From the NCBI GenBank assembly GCA_041697335.1, contig JBGUGD010000035.1, forward strand, positions 96,001 through 160,000: a DNA stretch of 64,000 bases, given 5' to 3'. Positions within the stretch are counted from its first letter, which is position 1; each line of letters begins with the position of its first letter. The stretch comes from Vampirovibrionaceae bacterium NZW_1234. GTDB taxonomy: Bacteria > Cyanobacteriota > Vampirovibrionia > Vampirovibrionales > JAGQHJ01. The notes beneath the pieces are model-generated. The model was given only the letters and a program-made list of their open reading frames with translations. It ran no database searches and was not told the DNA's origin. The position numbers and the translations under genes were made by a program. This document shows positions 18,911 to 27,618 of the stretch, piece by piece.

Positions 18911-18928
18911 AATGTAACCATATGTAAC
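18911..18928 (-). promoter_or_regulatory. HLR1-type (RpaB/OmpR family) direct repeat
   Basis: GTTACATA-TG-GTTACATT on the minus strand, an exact match to (G/T)TTACAWW-N2-(G/T)TTACAWW. Confidence 0.6.
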
Positions 18929-19012
18929 ATCCAGCGTTCATGGGCTTCTTGGCCCAAAAACCCGATGGATGCGACCGGGAAGGTCGAATCTAAAAAGAAT
19001 CTAAATCGAGGT

Positions 19013-19828
19013 TCAGGCTTTGCGACGGCGCTGACGCAAGGCCTCAAAGAGGAGGACCCCGCCTGCGACAGAGACATTGAGGGATTCAACCCCTTCTGCC
19101 AGATCGATTTTCACCAACTGATCACAGTGTTCCTGCACCAGGCGACGCATGCCAAACCCTTCACTGCCCAAGACAATGCCGGTCGAGCCGGTATAGTCGT
19201 ATCGATCATAATCAATCGCCTTGGCATCCAGGCTCGCGCCAACCCACCACATCCCGGCTTTTTTCAAACGCTCCATGGCGTCCACCAGATTCGGCACCAC
19301 CACAATGTTCATCAATTCCAACGTCCCGGCACTGGCCTTACCCACCGCCGGTGAAAATCCGGCACTACCAACCTTGGGAATCATCAAGGCCGTCGCTCCG
19401 GCCCCGGCGGCAACACGGATCAACGCCCCGAAGTTCCTGGGATCGGACACATCGTCCAAAGCCACAACCAGGGGAGCCTCGCCCTGAGCCTGGACCGCTT
19501 CCACCATGGCCACCAGATCATAAATATCCAACAAGGGCTTGGGGGCCACCATGGCCACCACGCCTTGGTGAGGGGTCTCTTCTTCAGCCATTTTGTCCAG
19601 CTTGGCCTTTGGCACCAACTGGTAAGGCGTGCCGTGAGTCTTGGCCAGATCAATCAACTCTTGAAGCCGTCTATCTTTCGACTGCTCCTGAGAAATGAGC
19701 AGTTTAAAAACACGTGATGGCGCGTGTTTTAAGACCGCCTCAACGCTATTTTTTCCGAAAGCGTAGCCGGTCTCGCCATGACTTTTCGGTGGGGTGTTTT
19801 TCGGGGATTTGTCCCGGTTCTGTGGCAA
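19013..19828 (-). CDS. rlmB: 23S rRNA (G2251) 2'-O-methyltransferase, TrmH/SpoU family
   Basis: HQGVVA, LDDVSDPRNFGALIR, VLGSEGFG, ESLNVSVA; TTG start with AAGGAG RBS. Confidence 0.92.
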   Translation of the reverse strand: MPQNRDKSPKNTPPKSHGETGYAFGKNSVEAVLKHAPSRVFKLLISQEQSKDRRLQELIDLAKTHGTPYQLVPKAKLDKMAEEETPHQGVVAMVAPKPLLDIYDLVAMVEAVQAQGEAPLVVALDDVSDPRNFGALIRVAAGAGATALMIPKVGSAGFSPAVGKASAGTLELMNIVVVPNLVDAMERLKKAGMWWVGASLDAKAIDYDRYDYTGSTGIVLGSEGFGMRRLVQEHCDQLVKIDLAEGVESLNVSVAGGVLLFEALRQRRRKA

Positions 19829-20807
19829 TGGAGGCTCCTTGTTCACCTTTATCGGGGGGCAAGGTAAAGAGCGCCAGCCACCCATGGCGGGCCACTGTTG
19901 CCGGATCCAAGGTATCTCCCAGGAAGCGGACCTGACTGGACTGGGAAGAACATTCCCAAAACCCCAGTGGCCATTCGGATTGTCCCTTAAACATAACCAA
20001 TTTGACAACAAAGGCATCCGCCGCCTGGGCACTCCACCCCAAAACCCGAATGTCCCAGGGCGGTGCCTTGGCCTTGAACTCCGGTGTCCGGGCTGTGTAG
20101 TCGTCCCAGACCTTCTTTGGCAAAAGGGTCAGTCGGGTGGCCTGTTCTTGACCCAAGTCATACACGACCGGCAAGGTCTTCAGAATACCCTGGTGATGCC
20201 CTCCAGGGCGGTAAGTCATTAACAGCTTGCGCCCATCGCTGGACCAGTCGCCCACCTGAACAATATCCACCCGAAAGGGGTCGTTGCCCTGGTAGCCCAC
20301 TTCAAAAATCGTCTTGCGGTGCTTGACTTGTTTTTCCGGAGAGTAGCGATCCCAGAACGCATGGGGATCAACTTTGATTTCAGGTTCTTTTTCACGGGTG
20401 ATGAGTTTCTTCACCCCCGTCGGCCGGGGCTTGTCCGGGGGCGGAGGCGGTGGGGTAATCTGTTCCTGAGAGGGGGATTGCCCAACAGGGATGAGAAACA
20501 CACGGCTGAATGTCTGGCGGTTGGTGGGTAAGAACGCCACTTCGGTCACCGCCATCTGCCGCTTATCGGGCGAAAGGACCGGGAAGCCGTAGACCGATTT
20601 CATCGTCTCGTAGCCATACAGATTCAGGCTGCCGGGAGCAAAGGGAATATTCTTTCGAAATTGCACATAGTCATTTTCCGTCATGGGCGGGGGCGGTGCT
20701 TTTGCCCAAGCCACACCGGCCCATAAGAGCAGCATCGCACAGAGGACTCCAGCTTGTATGGCTCGGGGCATGCCTGGGGCTGACCTGTGGTGAAGCTTCT
20801 TCGTCAT
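19746..20807 (-). CDS. Hypothetical exported protein (SPD/WSxDG beta-propeller-like motifs)
   Basis: Signal-like AWA-K, PVLSPDKRQ, GDWSSDGRKL, proline-rich tract. Confidence 0.65.
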   Translation of the reverse strand: MTKKLHHRSAPGMPRAIQAGVLCAMLLLWAGVAWAKAPPPPMTENDYVQFRKNIPFAPGSLNLYGYETMKSVYGFPVLSPDKRQMAVTEVAFLPTNRQTFSRVFLIPVGQSPSQEQITPPPPPPDKPRPTGVKKLITREKEPEIKVDPHAFWDRYSPEKQVKHRKTIFEVGYQGNDPFRVDIVQVGDWSSDGRKLLMTYRPGGHHQGILKTLPVVYDLGQEQATRLTLLPKKVWDDYTARTPEFKAKAPPWDIRVLGWSAQAADAFVVKLVMFKGQSEWPLGFWECSSQSSQVRFLGDTLDPATVARHGWLALFTLPPDKGEQGASIATEPGQIPEKHPTEKSWRDRLRFRKK

Positions 20808-20961
20808 TCTCGTTTCAACGTCCTTGTCGCCCATCATGATGTGCAGTGCCACTAGGGACCTTATCGGCTGGAGGTCCCCATAACTTGAAAACCCTCATGG
20901 GCGCTTCTCTGGGAACTCCCCTCAAATCCGGGACGTCTCGTATAATAGAAAATAACCCAAC

Positions 20962-21561
20962 ATGGATGACAGGATGCACAAGGCTCTCAACATATATTTT
21001 GGTTGGCTGATGGTGATAGTGGCCGGATTTTTCGGGCTCTTCAGCGTTGCTGACGCCCAACCCAGGGATGCCGGGCAGGAGGTTATGTATATTACCCAAT
21101 ACACCCTGGCATCCGACGCCCGAGCGGTCTATGGGATTTTTGATCTGGGGAACAAGCCCTCACTCCGACTGGTGATGCCCACCCTGCAAGGCGGCAAACT
21201 CACCCTCACACTCCATGGGCGTCATTACCATACCCCGGATCCCAGAACGTTTTCCGTCATCGCTTCTTTTGAGGATGTCACCGGCACCGTGTTTCAGCAG
21301 TCGCCTGCCGTGACTTTCCAAGCAACAAAACAGCCAACGACACCTCAATGGTTTAAAGCCCTCGACAATCTGGCTGGCTGTTATGGCAGCCAGACAATCA
21401 CCATGACGGTCCCCCAAGGAACCTCGGTGGTTAACCTGATGGGTGACGATGCAACCACCGCCTCGCCCAATCAGCTGGTGGGCTATGTCAGCCGCATCGA
21501 ACTGCCTGGAGCAGAACGGTCTCAAACCTCATCGAATGGCCTGGGACCCAGCACGCCATGA
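20962..21561 (+). CDS. Hypothetical exported protein
   Basis: N-terminal hydrophobic segment ending ADA; ATGA overlap with engB; TATAAT at 20941. Confidence 0.65.
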   Translation: MDDRMHKALNIYFGWLMVIVAGFFGLFSVADAQPRDAGQEVMYITQYTLASDARAVYGIFDLGNKPSLRLVMPTLQGGKLTLTLHGRHYHTPDPRTFSVIASFEDVTGTVFQQSPAVTFQATKQPTTPQWFKALDNLAGCYGSQTITMTVPQGTSVVNLMGDDATTASPNQLVGYVSRIELPGAERSQTSSNGLGPSTP

Positions 21562-22163
21562 AGATTCTGTCAGCCGAGTATGTGATCAGTGCCCCGTCCA
21601 TCAAAGAAGCACCCGACTGGAGTCTTCCTGAAATTGCGATGGTGGGCCGGTCCAACGTGGGCAAATCCAGCCTGATTAACCGCCTGACCGGGCGAAAGAA
21701 GTTGGCCCAGACCAGCAATACCCCTGGCAAAACCCGGCTCATGAATTTTTATAATATTAACAACACGCTCTCCCTGGTCGATTTACCGGGATATGGCTAT
21801 GCCAAGGTTTCGAAAACCATGCAGGCCAACTGGCAAAAGCACTTTCAAATCTACCTGTCCAAGCGCAAAAACTTGACCCTGGTCATTCAGCTCATTGATG
21901 CCCGCCATGGCCCACAAGCCCTGGATGAGCAGATGCTCTCCTGGTTGGAATCCCATAACTTACCGGTCATTCTGGTGTTGACCAAGGTCGATAAAATTTC
22001 CCGCAACGATCTGGGCAAACAAGTGGCCTTGACGGCCAAGGAATTGGGTTTGTCCCCGGATCAGGTCTTTACCTTTTCGGCTGAAACCGGGTGGGGCAAA
22101 GATGCACTTTGGTCATTTTTGGGCGATTATCTCAAGCATGTGAAAGACAACCCTGCGGAGTAA
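21558..22163 (+). CDS. engB: Ribosome biogenesis GTPase YihA/YsxC
   Basis: GRSNVGKSSLIN, SNTPGKTR, VDLPGYGYAK, TKVDK. Confidence 0.96.
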   Translation: MKILSAEYVISAPSIKEAPDWSLPEIAMVGRSNVGKSSLINRLTGRKKLAQTSNTPGKTRLMNFYNINNTLSLVDLPGYGYAKVSKTMQANWQKHFQIYLSKRKNLTLVIQLIDARHGPQALDEQMLSWLESHNLPVILVLTKVDKISRNDLGKQVALTAKELGLSPDQVFTFSAETGWGKDALWSFLGDYLKHVKDNPAE

Positions 22164-22169
22164 TTGTCG

Positions 22170-22601
22170 ATGAGTCCCCAATACTGGCTAATGAAAAGTG
22201 AACCGGAAACCTTTTCCTATAGCGATCTGGAGCGTGAGGGTTGGACCCATTGGGACGGCGTGCGCAATTATCAGGCCCGCAACAATTTGTCGGCCATGAA
22301 CGTCGGTGATTTCGCCTTGATTTATCACAGTGTCAGCGACAAACAGGTTGTGGGTATTGCCCAAATTACCAAAGCCGCCTATCCTGACCCCACAGATACC
22401 ACAGGCAAGTGGGTCGCCGTTAAGGTAGAGCCGGTACAACGCCTAAACACCCCTGTGACCCTGGAGCAAATTAAAACCACACCCCGCTTGGCGGAGATGC
22501 CCCTGGTCAAGCAGGCTCGGCTATCCGTGATGCCTATTTCCGAAACCGACTTTCACGCCATTCTGGCTCTGGGAGACACGCGTCTTGAGGCCAAGGTATA
22601 A
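22170..22601 (+). CDS. EVE domain protein (THYN1-like)
   Basis: YWLMKSEP, WDGVRNYQARN, RLSVMPI. Confidence 0.93.
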   Translation: MSPQYWLMKSEPETFSYSDLEREGWTHWDGVRNYQARNNLSAMNVGDFALIYHSVSDKQVVGIAQITKAAYPDPTDTTGKWVAVKVEPVQRLNTPVTLEQIKTTPRLAEMPLVKQARLSVMPISETDFHAILALGDTRLEAKV

Positions 22602-22624
22602 AACCAGAATTCAACCCATTGCCG

Positions 22625-24550
22625 TTAATCGACTTGGGATTGATGGACCTCAACATTATTGGCCGGACGAAATGGCCCTTGCCGAAGCGCATCAGTGTAG
22701 GTCCCATCGAGTCTAGAGCGCTCAAAGAGCACCACACCGGGCAAGCCGGCTTTCTTCACGGCGTCAATCTGAGACACTAACTCGGTTGGGGTTTTTCGAC
22801 TATAAAGGCCAAAGACACCCGCATAGACCGGTACCTGACCTTGAACCATGCGCTTGAAATACAGACTGTCTTCATACATGCCCTGGGGCTCGGGGTTTAA
22901 CCCGATGGGTGTTAATGCCTGGACCCAGCCTTCTTTCACCCAGCGAGGCCAATCCTGAAGCTTTACCGGGTTCTTAGGCAAAATATGCGGAAAAACCACG
23001 GCAGAAACAAGGGCACTGGGCTTTTTCTCATGAATTTGGGCCGAAATGGTTTTCACAAAGCTGGACACCTGCTCCTCTCGCCATTGAACCCAACGGGGCC
23101 AAAGGGGATCCGTGGGCAACAACTCAGCAGGATCGGCCTTCGGGGGTTCAAACTTGGGGAGTGCCACAGCCGCTTTCGTCCCGTTGGACAACGTTTTGGC
23201 CTTGGCCTTCAGTTCTGCGATACGGGCGTCATACTCCGCTTTGGCCTCAGCCTCGATCATCGTTTTGAAGGCCTGACGAGCATGCGCAGAATATCCCCAG
23301 GTTGTGGCCAAAAAGCCGACCCGACTATCGGGAACACTGGCAGGATAGCGAATGTAATCCAAGTTCACTCCGTCCACCCCATAGTTCTGGGTGACTTCCA
23401 GAATCAGTTTTTGAAGGAACTGACGGACCTCCGGGTTAGCCGGATCCACAAAATAATGCCCATCTTCAACAGAGGAGGCAACCGGCGTTGCAGCGGCTAT
23501 GGCACTGCGCTGAACATTACGCCATTGCGGGTATTTTTGCAGGATGGGCCCATAGGTTTCCAGCTCACTGTGGCGATTGCCCGCGAAAAAGGTTTGCACC
23601 CAGGCATGCACCTTAAGCCCATGACGATGAGCAACATCAACCCATACAGCCAAAGGGTCCCAGCCTTGAAACTCGGCATGCTGCTTGGGCAAGCCATATT
23701 CCTCCATTACTGCGCTGGGATAAAGGGTTTTGCCCCGAAAATACGTTTCGACAAACAGTTGATCGACATGAGCTGCCTTTAACGCTTGAACTGCCTTTTC
23801 AACCTCTTGAGGGGACTTCTCAACCGGGCGTATCCAAATGCCGCGAAAACCATCGTGAAAAGACGCCACGGATAAGTAGTAGGCTTGGCTGGCTTGTTGC
23901 AGGCAGGTTTCTGTCTGGTCCACGAGAGTAGGGGTTACCCCTTGGGAAGCCAAGGTTTTCAGGTCACGATAGCACCCTTGAGCCTCGGCTAAGGCCGTGT
24001 GATACTGCGGCAGGACTTCAGGGTGCCCTGCTCTGGAGGCCTTGTTTAACAGTGTCTCCACCCGAGAGACGTACACATCAGGAGTAATACGAAGGTGCAA
24101 TTTCTTTTGTTGCGGGTCCACTTCGGCCAGTGCTCCCAAGACGGCCACACGCTTAATCCAGAGTCCGCTTTGGCCTTGCCCGCTAATGACGAAGCCATTT
24201 GTGGGAATCGAACTGTTATTGGCCTCTTGAATCTGAGTAATCCGGCCATCAACGACCACAGCTTCGACGCCGAAAGCGTTGGTCTGGGTGGAGGAACCAA
24301 ATGCCGGGGTGTAGATTACCAACTGTTGAGCCCCACGAAACCCAGGGGCTTTTGCACCCTTGGGATTGCTGGCTTCGGTGGGATCAATGGCATCGACCAA
24401 CATTTCAAACTGGGTTTTCACCTGGGTTTGGGGAGCCAAAAAACTGTATTCACCCTCTTGTGCCTTACTCAGTGGTGTTTGAAACAGACTCCACAGGAAA
24501 ACAAGCACAAAAATCGGTCGGAACCATGATTGCCACATCTCAGAACACAT
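22625..24550 (-). CDS. Glycoside hydrolase-like family 10 (DUF187) exported protein
   Basis: Signal peptide; FRGIWIR, HGLKVHAW, DPANPEVR, DGVNLDYIRYP, QDWPRW. Confidence 0.88.
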   Translation of the reverse strand: MCSEMWQSWFRPIFVLVFLWSLFQTPLSKAQEGEYSFLAPQTQVKTQFEMLVDAIDPTEASNPKGAKAPGFRGAQQLVIYTPAFGSSTQTNAFGVEAVVVDGRITQIQEANNSSIPTNGFVISGQGQSGLWIKRVAVLGALAEVDPQQKKLHLRITPDVYVSRVETLLNKASRAGHPEVLPQYHTALAEAQGCYRDLKTLASQGVTPTLVDQTETCLQQASQAYYLSVASFHDGFRGIWIRPVEKSPQEVEKAVQALKAAHVDQLFVETYFRGKTLYPSAVMEEYGLPKQHAEFQGWDPLAVWVDVAHRHGLKVHAWVQTFFAGNRHSELETYGPILQKYPQWRNVQRSAIAAATPVASSVEDGHYFVDPANPEVRQFLQKLILEVTQNYGVDGVNLDYIRYPASVPDSRVGFLATTWGYSAHARQAFKTMIEAEAKAEYDARIAELKAKAKTLSNGTKAAVALPKFEPPKADPAELLPTDPLWPRWVQWREEQVSSFVKTISAQIHEKKPSALVSAVVFPHILPKNPVKLQDWPRWVKEGWVQALTPIGLNPEPQGMYEDSLYFKRMVQGQVPVYAGVFGLYSRKTPTELVSQIDAVKKAGLPGVVLFERSRLDGTYTDALRQGPFRPANNVEVHQSQVD

Positions 24551-24650
24551 CCTATTTTCTCTTTCTAACCAAACAATTCACCCTTCTTGCCGGGTTCTCT
24601 GCCTGTCGGCGTATGGTGCGTACAGACAGAGCCCGCCCCAATAGACCTGT

Positions 24651-24920
24651 TTAATGCGCTTTTTGAGGCACCTTGGGCGTGACGTAGGTTTTATCAATAA
24701 ACGACATGGGCGCTTCCGTCTGAATAGGTCGAAATCCAGTACGCTCCGCTTCCATTTTACTGGTCATCACCACGGCAACCGTGCATACCGTAACAAAGGA
24801 CAAAATGATAATGAGGTAAACATTACGAGCCGCATTAAACTCGGCCTTTTGCTGAGCCTTAAGCTGCTGTTGGGTCTTACTGGGTGAGGCCATGGATTCA
24901 CTCCTATCTGATTGCGCCAC
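24651..24920 (-). CDS. Small single-TM hypothetical protein
   Basis: 89 aa with one clear hydrophobic segment. Confidence 0.6.
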   Translation of the reverse strand: MAQSDRSESMASPSKTQQQLKAQQKAEFNAARNVYLIIILSFVTVCTVAVVMTSKMEAERTGFRPIQTEAPMSFIDKTYVTPKVPQKAH

Positions 24921-25000
24921 TCACGGATCTCATCTGTAGATGATCATGGTTTTACCAGGAAACCGGGGAGATGACCAGTGACTCTCCCTAAGCCCTTGAC

Positions 25001-26302
25001 CTATGCTCGTCCCGCCCCGGTTTTGCTTTGAAGCCACGAGGCCTGCCCGGGCGCCAGAGGGTGAGTCCCGTAATAGTACATCACCAGACCGCTTAGGAGC
25101 TTTGGATAGAAATAGGTGGACTTTTGGGGCATCCGCAAGCCGGACTCACAGATGCGACGCACCTCATCCACGTCCGGTGCATGAACCCAAAAGACCAATG
25201 CGCCTTGCTTCAGGCTGTCTAACACTTCCTGCTCATCACGGACAAAGTGCAGATGGCCTTGCTGCTTCAGCTCATTGGCCGCTTGCTTGAGAATACCTTG
25301 AAACACCAGAGCATCGAGAATCGCTACATCCAAGGGCCGCAAGGCTTCAGGGATGCCCGAAAGATCGGCCGAGGCTTTGAGCCCAAACGCCTGCTTTGGC
25401 CCGGTGCCATGCTGGACCCAGAAGAGGGCTTTCTCTTCGCTTACGGGCTCAAAGGACTCGGCCATGGCTTGAAGAAGCGATTCAGCCGTCCAGCCTTGGG
25501 GCAAGGAATCAAAGACCCGGTGGGTTGGATACACTTTCAACCCTTCATCGGCCATGTTTGTGAAAAAGGCCATGGTGTAATCGCACGGCAGGCTGCCTTT
25601 GGGAGCGCCCTGCTGTCCATCCTGCTCTCGACGCCATTGACTGTAGGCCACAGCCGTCTCATAACGGTGATGGCCATCGGCAATGAGAGCCGCCTTATCC
25701 GCCAAAAGGGTCTGAATCGCGTCGACCTGCTGGGCGTCGATGACCGGCCAGAAGCGATGAAATACCCGGTCATGATCGTACACTTCCAAGGGCTTTACGG
25801 CAGGAGGCACCTCAAAGAGCATGGCTTCAAGACGTTTTTCAGGATCATGGTACAAACAGAAAATTGGGCTTAAGACGGTCCCGGTGGCCTTCATCAGGGC
25901 CAGACGATCGGCCTTGGGGCCGCCCAAAGTGTACTCGTGGGGCAAGACTTGGCCGCTTTCGTAGTCTTCCAATTGCATGGCCGCGATAATGCCACGACGT
26001 TCCAGGCCGTCCCACTGCTGAGAGTAGGCATAAAAAGCCGGCTGTGACTCAGCTGTAAGGACCCCAGCCTCACGCCACGCTTCCAGGGTCTCGTGGGCCC
26101 GGGTGTACACGTTTTGGGATTCGGAATCGGAAGGCTGCTTAAGACCCAAGATTAAGCGCACCACGTTATAGGGGCTTTTTTCATGCAAGGCCTGTTGTTC
26201 GGCCGCGGAAATCACATCGTAGGGAGGCGCAACAACCGCCTCCATATCCGTCACCTGCTGAGGATTATACCGAAGTCCGGGGAAGGGACGAATGTGAACC
26301 AT
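25001..26302 (-). CDS. DUF1015 family protein (ParB/Srx-related fold)
   Basis: IRPFPGLRY, APPYDVI, LPHEYT, IADGHHRYETA, MPQKSTYFYPKLLSGL. Confidence 0.92.
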   Translation of the reverse strand: MVHIRPFPGLRYNPQQVTDMEAVVAPPYDVISAAEQQALHEKSPYNVVRLILGLKQPSDSESQNVYTRAHETLEAWREAGVLTAESQPAFYAYSQQWDGLERRGIIAAMQLEDYESGQVLPHEYTLGGPKADRLALMKATGTVLSPIFCLYHDPEKRLEAMLFEVPPAVKPLEVYDHDRVFHRFWPVIDAQQVDAIQTLLADKAALIADGHHRYETAVAYSQWRREQDGQQGAPKGSLPCDYTMAFFTNMADEGLKVYPTHRVFDSLPQGWTAESLLQAMAESFEPVSEEKALFWVQHGTGPKQAFGLKASADLSGIPEALRPLDVAILDALVFQGILKQAANELKQQGHLHFVRDEQEVLDSLKQGALVFWVHAPDVDEVRRICESGLRMPQKSTYFYPKLLSGLVMYYYGTHPLAPGQASWLQSKTGAGRA

Positions 26303-26387
26303 AGGGCAGCCTCGCTTTCCAATGCCGTCTTTCAATCACACCTGAAGGTGCGCTACACTGGTTGCTACCATATCACAAGAGACCCTT

Positions 26388-26888
26388 ATGCGCAGCCTCA
26401 GAATCATTGCTGTCGGCAAAATTAAACAGTCGGCCAAATACCTCATCCCCGGTATCGAACTCTACCAGAAACGATTGGCCCGCCACGTGGCCATTGAATG
26501 GATTGAAGTACCTGAAGAAGCCCCCAGCGCAACCCGCCCTGTGGAGCAAACCATCGAACGAGAAGCTGATGCCATTTTAAAACACTGTGACTGGGCAGAA
26601 ACCGTCGTGCTCCTCAGTGAGCGAGGGCGTCTGATGAATTCGGAGGAGTTTTCGACGTGGTGGCTTGGGGGAAATCCTCTCAATGGAGGTCCCCAGCTTC
26701 CGACGTGGGACCGTATGATTATGATTATCGGTGGGGCGTTCGGCACCTCTCAGAGATTGGTGGAGAGAGCATCTGCAACCTTATCCCTGTCGCCGCTCAC
26801 GTACCCCCATCAAATGGTTAGGTTAATCCTGTTGGAGCAATTATACCGGGCGTTGACCATCGCCCATAACGAACCCTATCACAAGTAG
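26388..26888 (+). CDS. rlmH: 23S rRNA pseudouridine-1915 N3-methyltransferase
   Basis: IIAVGK, IIGGAFG, LSLSPLTYPHQMVRLILLEQLYRA...PYHK. Confidence 0.95.
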   Translation: MRSLRIIAVGKIKQSAKYLIPGIELYQKRLARHVAIEWIEVPEEAPSATRPVEQTIEREADAILKHCDWAETVVLLSERGRLMNSEEFSTWWLGGNPLNGGPQLPTWDRMIMIIGGAFGTSQRLVERASATLSLSPLTYPHQMVRLILLEQLYRALTIAHNEPYHK

Positions 26889-27023
26889 CGGCCCTGATAA
26901 CAGAGAGTAACACTGGTTGGGACAGGCCGCAGGTCCTGGCACTTCTGGAGTTGCCAGTGAATTTGTGCTGGCGTTATGGCGCTAATGACGGCCCCTGAAA
27001 GAAGATAAGAAGAGGATGATTCG

Positions 27024-27455
27024 GTGAGTGACCTAAAAAAACTAAAACGGACCGTCTACGTAGACATCTGCCACACTCAGAGCCTGAACGGGATGGAGCC
27101 CATCGAAATTGAAGAAGATGCCGAGGGTGCCCTCTACCAGGTTGACCGGAATACCTATATCCTGGCTTTTGACAGCCATCTGAACGGCCGTAAAGTAACT
27201 ACAACAGTAAAAATTGGCCACGACACATTGTCCCTGGTCAAGATTGGCGATGTCCATAGCCGCCAAACCTTTGCTGCTGACCAATGGTTGGCCTCCCAAT
27301 TTTTCTACGGCGGTGGCAGCATCATCTGCCGCAACTTCACCAAAAAGCTGGACTATGCCCTGACTCCCAGCGGTGGCTTGATTGAGGTGCTCTATGAACT
27401 GTGGAGCGGTGACACCCACCTGGGTTATCACAACCTGGAATTCTTCATTCGCTAG
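27024..27455 (+). CDS. DUF1934 (YwiB-like) beta-barrel protein
   Basis: EEDAEGALY, TTTVKI, GDVHSRQTF, Y.L pattern; AGAGG RBS. Confidence 0.75.
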   Translation: MSDLKKLKRTVYVDICHTQSLNGMEPIEIEEDAEGALYQVDRNTYILAFDSHLNGRKVTTTVKIGHDTLSLVKIGDVHSRQTFAADQWLASQFFYGGGSIICRNFTKKLDYALTPSGGLIEVLYELWSGDTHLGYHNLEFFIR

Positions 27456-27618
27456 TTCATCAGGCCTTTCTCTCAATCTAAAACCCCAATACTTGAGATC
27501 AAACACACGTGTCGCAGTCATTTTCACCCCATCTTCGACACGTCCCCTCCAGACTACTGGCGGACTCATATTGACGTTATAATGGGCTTATCTGTGTGAC
27601 CAACGGAGTGTCCCGTCC

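Noticed and set aside
25001..26302. DUF1015 as the ParB-like partner of the CGCG array
   Set aside because: It is 20 kb away, lacks an evident HTH, and the family is generally regarded as metabolic rather than a partition protein.
26371..26885. 9-bp direct repeat TATCACAAG before rlmH and at its 3' end (rlmH 3' ends are SCC-type attB sites)
   Set aside because: The repeat is short, there is no recombinase or cargo downstream, and the geometry does not fit an integrated element. Probably chance.
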